This document shows positions 24,885-34,700 of a stretch of 59,172 nucleotides of DNA, piece after piece. A model generated the notes under the pieces. It did no database searches and was not told where the DNA came from. It saw only the letters and a program-made list of their open reading frames with translations. Position numbers and translations under genes: made by a program. The DNA lies in assembly GCA_964411255.1 (NCBI GenBank), contig CAYPKD010000008.1, forward strand, positions 1-59,172. Direction: 5' to 3'. The stretch comes from an uncultured Gammaproteobacteria bacterium (GTDB lineage Bacteria > Patescibacteriota > Patescibacteriia > UBA11705 > DATKZF01). Each line of letters opens with the position of its first letter. Position 1 is the stretch's first letter.

Positions 24885-25838
24885 TTAATGCCCAAACATA
24901 ATATTTGCCTGCTTAATGTCCTGTCCTGACTGCAAAACTCCGCCCATATTTTCCAAAAAATCTTTTTGTATTTCTGGATTATTGGGAAAATCGGTAAAAT
25001 CCTTTAATGGCGCCCTTTGTCTAAACTTCATTTGAAAATTTCTATCTTTTAATTTTGCCAACATTTCCATAGCCTTTTTCTGGTCCTCAATCACTTTAAT
25101 TCCCTCAGCATGGAAATCTACAATTGGCCTGCCCATTATAACAATTAAATCTCCAGTAGCTAGCCGTTTATCTTCAGGAAATATTTTATAATTATGCATT
25201 AGCTTTACATTAATCTGTTTTCCCTGAGGTATGGAAATAATGAATTCATTGCTATTTAATGGTGGCACTACAACTTTTCCGATCAGACCATTATTCTTCA
25301 TCATACTTGGCCCGTGTTTTTTATAAATCATTTTAGCAACTGGTTTGAAAATCGGAACCTTTAATTCTTCATTATCAACCTTTTCCTGTACTTGATCATT
25401 AAAGTCTGATGCAAATATTGCTGTTCCACCCATTGAAGCGCCTGCTACCAATATTACAACAAACAATGCAAAAGGTTTTTTATAAGAAATTTCAAACCGA
25501 GACATCATCCATACTGCTATAACAAACAAAGCTAAAAAGCTTATTACTAACACATATGGTAAACTTTTTAATATTAAACTATAGCCTTGAACTCCAAAAG
25601 TCGTATATTCTAAGCTATTGCTTTCTCTAATATCGTACAAAGCCAAATTGACGATAAACACCATGGCAATAAAAATCAAAACAAAACTAAAAGTAAGTGT
25701 AAACTTTTTTGAATGAAAAAACCAAGCTGAGCGCATCTTGACATCTTTATCTTCAATTTTTTTCATAATAGAATCTGCAATATTCACCTCTTTTTTTTCT
25801 TTGGCTAGATTTTTTAGTTGTTCTTCAAAGTTATCCAT
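24885..25838 (-). CDS. Polytopic membrane protein, putative anti-sigma partner
   Basis: Begins 14 nt after the sigma gene. Short cytoplasmic N-terminus, 4 TM segments and a roughly 170-aa C-terminal domain. No motif recognised. Confidence 0.55.
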   Translation of the reverse strand: MDNFEEQLKNLAKEKKEVNIADSIMKKIEDKDVKMRSAWFFHSKKFTLTFSFVLIFIAMVFIVNLALYDIRESNSLEYTTFGVQGYSLILKSLPYVLVISFLALFVIAVWMMSRFEISYKKPFALFVVILVAGASMGGTAIFASDFNDQVQEKVDNEELKVPIFKPVAKMIYKKHGPSMMKNNGLIGKVVVPPLNSNEFIISIPQGKQINVKLMHNYKIFPEDKRLATGDLIVIMGRPIVDFHAEGIKVIEDQKKAMEMLAKLKDRNFQMKFRQRAPLKDFTDFPNNPEIQKDFLENMGGVLQSGQDIKQANIMFGH

Positions 25839-25852
25839 ATTCTTATTTTAAA

Positions 25853-26413
25853 CTAAATCTCAGAATTATCATAGATTTCTGCCAATCGTTTTTTGGCACG
25901 ATTTATTAAAATTCCTACTGCGTTTGTTGATTTCTTAACTATCTCCCCTATCTCTTCATAAGATCTTTCCTCCATATACCGCAAGACTAAAACTTCTTTA
26001 TAATTTGATGGCAACTTATGCATCTTTTCAACCAATTCTTCTTTTTCAGTATCAGTTTCAAGCTGCTGAGTTAAATCAAGGTCATCTGCAATGTCAATTT
26101 TATTTTCATCATCATCAATTGACTGTTTTTTTACTTTTGTATTCTTTTTCAACCAGTTAACAGATTCATTATGGGCAATCCTATAAATCCAGCTGGAGAA
26201 CTTTTTCTTTTGGTTAAAACCCTTTATATTTTTATATGCTTTTAAAAAAACTTCTTGTAAAATATCAGTCGCCTCTTCCCGATGATTGGTTAGCCTAAAA
26301 ATATAGGTATAGAGCCTACTTTGGTATCGTTCAACAATCAATGAATACGCGTCTTTATCTTCTTTTATTATCTTTTTAACGATTTGATTGTCCGTTATGT
26401 TCGCATTATCCAT
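25853..26413 (-). CDS. Sigma-70 family (ECF-size) RNA polymerase sigma factor
   Basis: 186 aa. Region 2 DILQEVFLKAYKNIKGF...WIYRIAHN. Region 4 SYEEIGEIVKKSTNAVGILINRAKKRL. Confidence 0.85.
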   Translation of the reverse strand: MDNANITDNQIVKKIIKEDKDAYSLIVERYQSRLYTYIFRLTNHREEATDILQEVFLKAYKNIKGFNQKKKFSSWIYRIAHNESVNWLKKNTKVKKQSIDDDENKIDIADDLDLTQQLETDTEKEELVEKMHKLPSNYKEVLVLRYMEERSYEEIGEIVKKSTNAVGILINRAKKRLAEIYDNSEI

Positions 26414-26462
26414 GTATTTCTCTCTATTAAATAATACAATTTATACTATAAAACATTTCATA

Positions 26463-26491
26463 TTTTAGCATTATTCCGCATTTAGTTCAAG
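26463..26491 (-). promoter_or_regulatory. Promoter of the sigma gene
   Basis: Minus strand: TTGAAC, a 17-nt spacer, then TGcTAAAAT (extended -10). Confidence 0.6.
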
Positions 26492-26496
26492 TATTA

Positions 26497-26525
26497 AAAA
26501 AGCCCTATAAATCAAGGGCTTTTTA
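26497..26525 (-). terminator. Terminator after paralogue P1
   Basis: Stem AAAAAGCCC/GGGCTTTTT with a 10-nt loop. Confidence 0.6.
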
Positions 26526-26539
26526 TATAAATTATTTAT

Positions 26540-28966
26540 TTACCAACCCATCATTTCATCTATTGTCTTTGAAGTTAAATCAGCTCCAGTAGGATATACA
26601 ATTGATGTTGGAACATTTTGAATAATAAAATCACTGTTAAACATGTTTGCATCAAATACACTTGAGCTAACATGCCTTTTTTCTCCATTATCAATATAAT
26701 AATTATTTGCATCTCCTGCATAACTTATCAATGCTCCGCTTGGATGAGAAAGTGTTGTGATACCTGTTCCTTTTACATAATTTGACCAAAATGCATCTGA
26801 AATATCCATAATCCTATCATTCCATAAATCTCCATAAAGCTGCTCAGCTAATTCTTGAGTTTCAATCCATCTGATCACTCCTCCTGGCTCAACTGCATAG
26901 ACTGGAGCTAAGGATTTAATTTTAACCAACCATGTACTTGGTCTCATAGTTACATTTTCCCCTAAAGGAATGGCAGCTAAATCAGCATCTGAGATGACTT
27001 TTATATGGTCAAAATCTCTAAACCAGCTAAAGAAAATTGTATCACTTGGAAATACATGCCTCTTTCCATCTGATCCTAAAATATAGACTGTTGACATGCT
27101 GCTACTTTTAATTAAATCTTCAACTTTCAAACTTACTGGAAAGCTTGGTTCATATGGTTCTTCTCCGGGTTCTTCTCCAGGTTCCTCGCCTGGCTCTTCT
27201 TCCGGTTCTTCAGGTGCTGCTGTTTGGACATAATCAATAGTGTCTGAATTAATACTAAATGATAAATTTCCAGTTGAGCTTTTAAATCTGGCATATACAG
27301 TTTTTTCTCCATACCCATCAGATAAGACCCAATTTTTTGAAGTATTATATTCTTCCCAGGTTGCGCCAATAAAGTCTGGGTCATTTGAAACGACCATATG
27401 CGTAGCATCTATTGCAAACAATGATAAAGTTACGTTTTGAGAAGTAGTCTCAGTTTCATTGTTGTTTATTTCTATTGATGTTTCTGAAGGATAGACAGCT
27501 GAACTTCCTCCTCCACCTCCGCCACCAACAGCGCCAGTCGTGTAGCTCCATTGACATGGAAGTGCGTCACCTAAAATATTGCCTGATCTGTCTGAAGCAG
27601 TATTAATTGATGCTGTATAAAGAGTAAGTGGATTATAATCATTGTGAGTCCATGTTCTCACTGATCGTCTGCTACTCCAACTTCCTGACCAACCGCCTGG
27701 ATTTGGACTACTTGATCTGTTTGCTGAAGCCATTGCCTCACTGAAAGTCACAACTAGGTCTGCAGATAGTCCGACTCCAGCAGCACCATTTGCCGGAGAA
27801 ACATTCATTATTACTGGATTAATATTATCTCTTAAAAATATTGCAGGAATCACTATCGGAACTGCATAAATATCCAATGGCGGTGTTACTGACTGAGTCA
27901 CAGTATCCACACCAACATCAGCTGCATTTACTCTTCTATTAAATTCAAAAGCTGCCCAGGAATTTCCAGCGATATGAGTAACATTTGATATGCTCGATAC
28001 ATTGCCTCCACTTATGTCATTATACGTAAAATCAGGAGGAGATAATGGAGTACTCCAAGCATTGCCATATACTGGTTCTGGAAATCCAGTCAATGGATCA
28101 ACAAAAACAATTTCAGCTAACTTTTGTCTCTCTGCTGTTTCGACAATTGTTGGTACAGGCGGGCCACCAATATCTGGAACCAATGAGGCACCACCAGCAA
28201 TACAAGAATTTCCCCATAAATCAACCACTGTAGGATTACAATCTAATATATCAATCCCCAATTCAGGAGGCGTAACCAATAAATTCATCATTGAAATAAT
28301 AAAATAATCGCCAGCAGTATGAGTTACACTAAACAATCCATTACCCTCTAAAGGAGGCAAATCTGTATGAAACAAATCAAGAACATTAACTGAACCGTCT
28401 GGGTTTGAACCAAAAACTGGAATAGAACCAATAGCTGGATTTACACTATCAAATTCTGTTAAAGCTATTGGTGTGCCTGCTACGGTTACACTTCCTGGGG
28501 ATGGAGCAATTGGGATATAAGTTCGAACTACTGGCCAGGCTCCGCCATTATCAACTAAACCGACCGGTACATTACTAGGCAGAGCACCGGCAATCGTATA
28601 AATTGATCCCATTTTTGCTTCAATTGTATCAGCAATATCACCCACAACTGCATTATTATTCATCGTTAATATTGCCCAATCGTTTCCTGGCGTATGATTA
28701 ATACTGGCAATACCACCCATACCGGCAGCATTATTATTGGTATAAACAAAATCACTTTTTTGTAAACCAATAGTTCTTGCACTATCTCCCCAAACATGAT
28801 TTGTAAATTTTACTAAAATCATATTTTTTATTGGTGCAGTGCTATCAAATAAAGCCATTGTAATGCCAGCTGTAAATGAAATTGCTTCTGCCGGCCTTGG
28901 CCCTGCAAAAAAAGATAAACTAAAAATAAACGAAACAATTAATAGACTAATAAAAAATTTTTTCAT
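26540..28966 (-). CDS. Secreted surface-layer-like paralogue P1 (SbsA-type Ig domain, Gly linker, beta-sandwich, (GEEP)n linker, shared C-terminal module)
   Basis: Signal peptide. DNINPVIMNVSPANGAAGVGLSADLVVTFSEAM (Big_5-like). GGGGGGGS. (PGEE)n. C-terminus VYILGSDGKRHVFPSDTIFFSWF...YAVEPGGVIRWI... Confidence 0.8.
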   Translation of the reverse strand: MKKFFISLLIVSFIFSLSFFAGPRPAEAISFTAGITMALFDSTAPIKNMILVKFTNHVWGDSARTIGLQKSDFVYTNNNAAGMGGIASINHTPGNDWAILTMNNNAVVGDIADTIEAKMGSIYTIAGALPSNVPVGLVDNGGAWPVVRTYIPIAPSPGSVTVAGTPIALTEFDSVNPAIGSIPVFGSNPDGSVNVLDLFHTDLPPLEGNGLFSVTHTAGDYFIISMMNLLVTPPELGIDILDCNPTVVDLWGNSCIAGGASLVPDIGGPPVPTIVETAERQKLAEIVFVDPLTGFPEPVYGNAWSTPLSPPDFTYNDISGGNVSSISNVTHIAGNSWAAFEFNRRVNAADVGVDTVTQSVTPPLDIYAVPIVIPAIFLRDNINPVIMNVSPANGAAGVGLSADLVVTFSEAMASANRSSSPNPGGWSGSWSSRRSVRTWTHNDYNPLTLYTASINTASDRSGNILGDALPCQWSYTTGAVGGGGGGGSSAVYPSETSIEINNNETETTSQNVTLSLFAIDATHMVVSNDPDFIGATWEEYNTSKNWVLSDGYGEKTVYARFKSSTGNLSFSINSDTIDYVQTAAPEEPEEEPGEEPGEEPGEEPYEPSFPVSLKVEDLIKSSSMSTVYILGSDGKRHVFPSDTIFFSWFRDFDHIKVISDADLAAIPLGENVTMRPSTWLVKIKSLAPVYAVEPGGVIRWIETQELAEQLYGDLWNDRIMDISDAFWSNYVKGTGITTLSHPSGALISYAGDANNYYIDNGEKRHVSSSVFDANMFNSDFIIQNVPTSIVYPTGADLTSKTIDEMMGW
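27156..27212 (-). repeat. 12-nt tandem repeats encoding the (PGEE)n linker in P1
   Basis: GGTTCTTCTCCG GGTTCTTCTCCA GGTTCCTCGCCT GGCTCTTCTTCC GGTTCTTCAGG on the plus strand. Confidence 0.7.
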
Positions 28967-29046
28967 AATTAAAGATTTGATTAATAAGCTAAAATTAGCG
29001 ATATCCTTCTCGCTTAATACTAAATATAAATTTCTTTGTTACTTGT

Positions 29047-29089
29047 ATTATACTAAATGATATAATTTTCAAATATTTATTTATCCACA
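29047..29089 (-). promoter_or_regulatory. P1 promoter region: TGTGGATAA, 28 nt, TATAAT
   Basis: On the minus strand, TGTGGATAA (29089-29081) lies 28 nt upstream of TATAAT (29052-29047). No good -35 hexamer. Confidence 0.5.
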
Positions 29090-29090
29090 A

Positions 29091-29116
29091 ATAAAAAAGA
29101 GGCCCATAACCTCTCT
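29091..29116 (-). terminator. Terminator after paralogue P2
   Basis: Stem AGAGG/CCTCT followed by a T-run on the minus strand. Confidence 0.5.
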
Positions 29117-29132
29117 CTTTTTTTTATAATTT

Positions 29133-31571
29133 TTACCAATCCATCATTTCATCTATTGTCTTTGAAGTTAAATCAGCTCCAGTAGGATATGTAATTGAAG
29201 TCGGTACATTTTGGATAATAAAGTCACTATTAAACATATTTGAGTCAAACACGCTTGAGCTTATCATTTGTTTTTCTCCATTATAAATATAATAATTATT
29301 ACCGTCGCCTTCATAACTGATCAATGCTCCGCTCGGATGGCTAGCCGTGGTAATACTTTCTCCCTTAATATAATTATTCCAAAATGCATCAGAAATATCT
29401 ACAGTTCTCTCATTCCAAATACCTCCGTATAATTGTTCTGCTAAACCTTGATTTGCTACCCACCTAATAACACCACCTGGCTCAACTGCATATACCTCCG
29501 CTAATGATTGAATCTTTACCAACCAAGTTCCTGGTCTCATTGTCACATTCGCGCCCAGCGGAATTGAGGCTAAAGTTGAATCAGATATCACTTGTACATC
29601 ATCAAAATCCCTAAACCAACTAAAATATACTGTATCAGTTGGAAAGACATGTCGCTTACCATCTGATCCTAATATATATACGGTTGACATGCTGCTATTT
29701 TTTACTAAATCGCCTACCATCAAACCTGCTGGGAAAGACGGTTCAGTAGGTTCTTCTCCGGGCTCTTCTCCGGGTTCCTCTCCTGGCTCATCAGGACCAG
29801 CTGTTTGGACATAATCAATGGTGTCTGAATTAATACTAAATGATAAATTTCCAGTTGAACTTTTAAATCTGGCATAAACAGTCTTTTCGCCATAACCATC
29901 AGTTAATGTCCACGCTTTTGAAGTATCATACTCTTCCCAAGTGGCTCCAATAAAGTCTGGGTCATTTGAAACGACCATATGCGTAGCATCAATTGCAAAT
30001 AATGATAAAGTTACGTTTTGAGAAGTAGTTTCAGCATCTCCACTATTTATTTCAATAGACGTTTCACTTGGATAAATGCCAGCACTACCACCTCCACCGC
30101 CTCCAGCACCGCCAGCTGTTGTAAAATTCCATAGATATGGCGAAGGATCACCCATTGTATTGGCTGCAGGTGAAAAATCAGTAATATTATTTAATGTAGC
30201 CAGATAAGGTGTACTTAGAGCAAAATCATTATGGGTATATGTTCGCACAGTATTATTTGAGCTCCATGAACCTGCCCACCCCCCTGGATTTGGTGCTGAA
30301 GGAGCTACAGCAATTGCACTGATAGATTCACTAAAATTGAAAATAATATTCTGGCTTATTGGAACATTAATGGCATTGTTAGCAGGGGTGGTACTCATTA
30401 CAACTGGATCTACATTATCAGCAATTGGTGTAGCTAAAGCCAAGAAATTGCCGAGAAAATCAATTAAAGGAAACGCTCCAGGCACTATCATATCAGCTCC
30501 TAAATCACCAGGAATGATCGGTAAGTCAGTTGTATATGTTCCCCAAGTATCTCCAGGTATATGAGTAACTGAAGTCATTGCAGTTGCTCCAGCGCCACCA
30601 TTGCCATCACCATAACCTATATCCCAGCCTATTAGAAGTGGGGATCCTGGAGGAAAAGGTCCACTAGTGCCAAATACAGCTTCTGGCACACCTCGAACAC
30701 CATCAAAAAATTCAAACTCTCCCATTGTGGCATTAGTAGTAGTTTCGGTTGAGAATAAAGTTGGTGGTGTAGCATCAACCTGAAGAGGAGCTCCAATTGG
30801 CAAACAAGGATTGCCCCATAAATCGGTAACTGCAACACAATCAATAATATCAGATCCTATCTCTGTTCCTACAAGTGGAATATTTAAGGTTAAAAATACT
30901 TTATAATCACCTGGAGTATGGTATGCATTTGCCAATCCATTTCCTTCAAGCGCAGGCACTGGGTTATCAATATATGATAAATCTGCACTGGCAATTGATC
31001 CATCAGGATTTGATCCATAAGCTGGTATAAATTGACCTGTATTAAAATTCATAAATTCTAACACACTTCTATTAAAACCTGGGCCGCCCGAAACTAATGC
31101 GCCTGGGATACCTGTTCCCGGATAAAAAATCTGTCCTATAGGTGCGCCAGAATTATCAGTTGGAGAAACTTGTGCGCCACCTGGCAATGCGCTGCCAATA
31201 GTATAAATTGACGCTTGCTTTGCTTCAATTGTATCAGCAAAATCTCCAGCAACCGCTCCGGCGTTCATGGTTAATATTGCCCAGTCATTTCCTGGTGTAT
31301 GATTAACACTGGAAATACCTCCCATACCTGCAGCATTATTATTGGTATAAATAAAATCACTTTTTTGTAAACCAGCTGTTCTGGCACTATCAGACCATAC
31401 ATGATTTAAAAATTTTACAAAAAGTAAATTACTGTTTGGCGCTGCACTGTCGAACATTGCATATACAATAGATGATGTATATGCATTTGCAGGGCTTACT
31501 GGCATAAATATAAAAGTAGATGCCAAAATAAAGATAAAAACAAATAAACTTAAAAATATTTTCTTTTCCAT
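29133..31571 (-). CDS. Secreted surface-layer-like paralogue P2
   Basis: Same architecture as P1. The N-terminal 130 aa and the C-terminal roughly 340 aa are highly similar to P1, and the centre is divergent. Confidence 0.8.
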   Translation of the reverse strand: MEKKIFLSLFVFIFILASTFIFMPVSPANAYTSSIVYAMFDSAAPNSNLLFVKFLNHVWSDSARTAGLQKSDFIYTNNNAAGMGGISSVNHTPGNDWAILTMNAGAVAGDFADTIEAKQASIYTIGSALPGGAQVSPTDNSGAPIGQIFYPGTGIPGALVSGGPGFNRSVLEFMNFNTGQFIPAYGSNPDGSIASADLSYIDNPVPALEGNGLANAYHTPGDYKVFLTLNIPLVGTEIGSDIIDCVAVTDLWGNPCLPIGAPLQVDATPPTLFSTETTTNATMGEFEFFDGVRGVPEAVFGTSGPFPPGSPLLIGWDIGYGDGNGGAGATAMTSVTHIPGDTWGTYTTDLPIIPGDLGADMIVPGAFPLIDFLGNFLALATPIADNVDPVVMSTTPANNAINVPISQNIIFNFSESISAIAVAPSAPNPGGWAGSWSSNNTVRTYTHNDFALSTPYLATLNNITDFSPAANTMGDPSPYLWNFTTAGGAGGGGGGSAGIYPSETSIEINSGDAETTSQNVTLSLFAIDATHMVVSNDPDFIGATWEEYDTSKAWTLTDGYGEKTVYARFKSSTGNLSFSINSDTIDYVQTAGPDEPGEEPGEEPGEEPTEPSFPAGLMVGDLVKNSSMSTVYILGSDGKRHVFPTDTVYFSWFRDFDDVQVISDSTLASIPLGANVTMRPGTWLVKIQSLAEVYAVEPGGVIRWVANQGLAEQLYGGIWNERTVDISDAFWNNYIKGESITTASHPSGALISYEGDGNNYYIYNGEKQMISSSVFDSNMFNSDFIIQNVPTSITYPTGADLTSKTIDEMMDW
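29749..29795 (-). repeat. 12-nt tandem repeats encoding the (PGEE)n linker in P2
   Basis: GGTTCTTCTCCG GGCTCTTCTCCG GGTTCCTCTCCT GGCTCATCAGG. Confidence 0.7.
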
Positions 31572-31683
31572 ATTGTTTAAAGTTTTATTAATAATTAAGT
31601 AAGATTATATTTAATTTATTAAGCTAAAATAAACGAATAATGTCGTTTTTCAATTGACAAAATAACATTTAACTTGTGTATTT

Positions 31684-31726
31684 ATTATACTAAAATACAA
31701 AATTTGCTGATATAGACTTATCCACA
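31684..31726 (-). promoter_or_regulatory. P2 promoter region: TGTGGATAA, 28 nt, TATAAT
   Basis: Minus-strand TGTGGATAA (31726-31718), exactly 28 nt, then TATAAT (31689-31684). Confidence 0.5.
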
Positions 31727-31773
31727 TAAAAAAAAGCCCAAAAGGACCTTTTTCTATATAAACTAATTTTCTA

Positions 31774-34700
31774 TTACAAACCCATCATTTCAACAATTGA
31801 CATTGAAGGCAAGTCTGCTCCAGGAGGATATACGATTGAATTTGATACATTTTGAATTACAAAGTCGCTGTTAAACATATTTGCATCAAATACGCTTGAG
31901 CTTATCAGTCTTGTTAAACCATTATCAATGTAAATATTATTTCCATCTCCCTCATAACTTATCAATGCTCCGCTTGGATGGCTAACAGTTGTAATGCCGT
32001 CTCCTTTGATATAATTTGGCCAAAATGCATCTGATACATCTACTATTATCTGATTCCAAATACTTCCGTAAAGCTGTTCTGCTATTTCCTCATTAGCTAT
32101 CCATCGAATAACTCCGCCTGGTTCAACAGCGTATACTGGAGCTAAAGATTGAATCTTTACCAACCATGTTCCTGGTCTCATTGTTACATTTGCACCTAAT
32201 GGTATGGCTGCTAAGTCTGCGTCTGAAATAACTTGTACTGCTGAAAAATCCTTAAACCAACTGAAATATACTTTGTCTGTTGGGAATACATGTCTTTTGC
32301 CATCTGATCCTAATATATAAACGGCTGAAGAATTGCTGCCCTTTATCAAATCACCTACTTTTAATTCTGAAGGATAAACTGGCTCTTCGCCTGGTTCTGG
32401 TTCTTCTCCAGGCTCTTCAGGTTCACTTGCTGTTTCAACATAATCAATGCTGTCTTGGGCAATAGTCTTTGCCGTATTACCTGAAGTACTCTTAAAATTT
32501 GCATATACTGTTTTTGTTTCATAACCACTGGTCAATGTCCATGTCTTTGAATTAGCATATGGTTCCCAAACTGCGCCCACAAAATTAGGATCGTTTGATA
32601 AGGTCATTTCATCTGCATCAGCTGCTACAATTGACAATGTTACTACTTGAGATTCTGTTTCAGCAACATCATTATTAATAATGACAGAAACATTTGACGG
32701 ATATACAGCACTACCTCCACCACCGCCTCCTCCAGGAGAAGAAGTTGTAAAGCTCCATGGGTTAGCTACAGGACCAGGGGCTAATCCCAATGCATTTACA
32801 TCCTGTCCGGCCGTAATCTGTTCAGTATATGACGTTCCGTAATCAAATAAATTATGTGAATAAGTAGCAACTGTATTTCCTGCACTCCAAGACACTGCCC
32901 AGCCACCTGGATCAGGACCAGCTGTTTGAGCTTGAGTTACTGTTCCTGTACTCATTGCTTCACTGAAAGTAACTATTAAATTTTGATTAACAAATACGCT
33001 TGGGGCTCCGCTTACTGGATTTGTTGACAAAATAATTGGAGCTGCGCCATCTGTTTCTGCCACAGTGCCTGAGCCAATTGTCACCATTGGATTGCCTGCT
33101 AAATCAGTAATCAGCCCTGTGGTTACAGTTGTAATATCAGGGATAGCTCCTGTATCCTGTCCTCCTAAAGGAGTTGGGAAATAAAATGTAGCATACTGAT
33201 CATTAGCAACATTGGCAGTTGGATGATTTGTATTAAAGGATGGTATTCCTGCTTCTCCTGTTAAGGCTAATCCTGCCCCGCCCCCATTATAAGAAGCATC
33301 AATAACTGGCTCATTAAATGTTACGCGATAAGTATCAATTATTCCCGGACTTGGAGGGCCAACACCGTCTGTATCTTGGGTATAGGCTGCAGTAATTGTT
33401 GGATTTTGCGTATCGACATCAAAGAAAGCAACCCATGTTAGTACTTCAACATTACCAGCCACGTCTGAAGCAGCTGAACTATCTAAACTTACACCTAAAA
33501 CATCTTCATTAGCATCAGTGATATTGAAAGTCTCTGTCCAAATTGTATTACCGCCGCCCCACGCTCCGTCAGAATTTGATGTAATGACACCAGCAGTGGC
33601 TCCAAAATTACTGGTCGGAGTAGAAGCTGGGTCCATTGCTTCATTATATGTAAATGTTACTTCCTGAGTTAAATCCCCATCATATATTGGATTAGTGCCA
33701 GCGCCTGGAACTGAAAATGGTTGAGTTACATCAACAACTATTGGTAATGCTGCTGATGCTACGCTAGTATTTCCAGCAGCATCAGTAGCTGTTGCTGTTA
33801 TATTATGAGCTGTACCAGTCTGACCGGCAGTAGTCATACCGCCAACAGTTACATTATAATTTCCTCCAGTTGCTGTTCCAGTTCCAATATTGCCATCAAC
33901 ATTACTGATTATAGTTATAGTTGACCCTGCTTCACCAGTTCCGTCAAACTGAGGAGTGGCATCGTTAGTTATATCATCAATGCTAGATGCGCCAGTATCA
34001 CTTGCTGCATTTAAATCTGGAACTGAAGGTGCTGCTGGTGGTGTATTATCAGTATTTAACTGACCTACTAACTGATAAGAGGTAAAACCTGCTAAATCAT
34101 CAGCTGTAACACATAAATAATCAGTATGGTCACCAGTAATAAAGAAATCAGTGCTATTAGTAAAAGGATTACCATAGGTATCAGTACCATCGCATGTGCT
34201 ATCAGCGCTATATCCATATTCTAAACTACCAGCATCTAGATTAGCATCAGTAACGGTCACGTTAATTGTATCTGTTTGTACTGGGCCAGCATCTGTACCA
34301 TTATTTATTGTAAAACCAGGAGCTGATGTATCAATCGTAATAGTCAGCGCTGGAGATGCCGGACTGCTGTTAGTAGCTGCATCAGTGGCCACAACGGTCA
34401 TGTTATGAGTTCCTTCAGATAATACAGAAACTGAGTAATTATAGATTCCACCACCAGCAGTCGTGCTACCAACTGCTCCGTCAATACTGCTGGTAAAAGC
34501 GACTGTAGATCCTGCTTCAGCTGTACCATCCAGTTGAGGAGTAGTATCACTGGTAATATCATCAACACTTGATGGTCCTGTATCACTTCCAGCATTTAGG
34601 TCTGGTGCTGGCGGCTGAGCTGGCGGTGTATTATCTGTATTTAACTGTCCTACCAACTGGTATGCGAAATTAAATGCTTGATCATATGCAACAACACATA

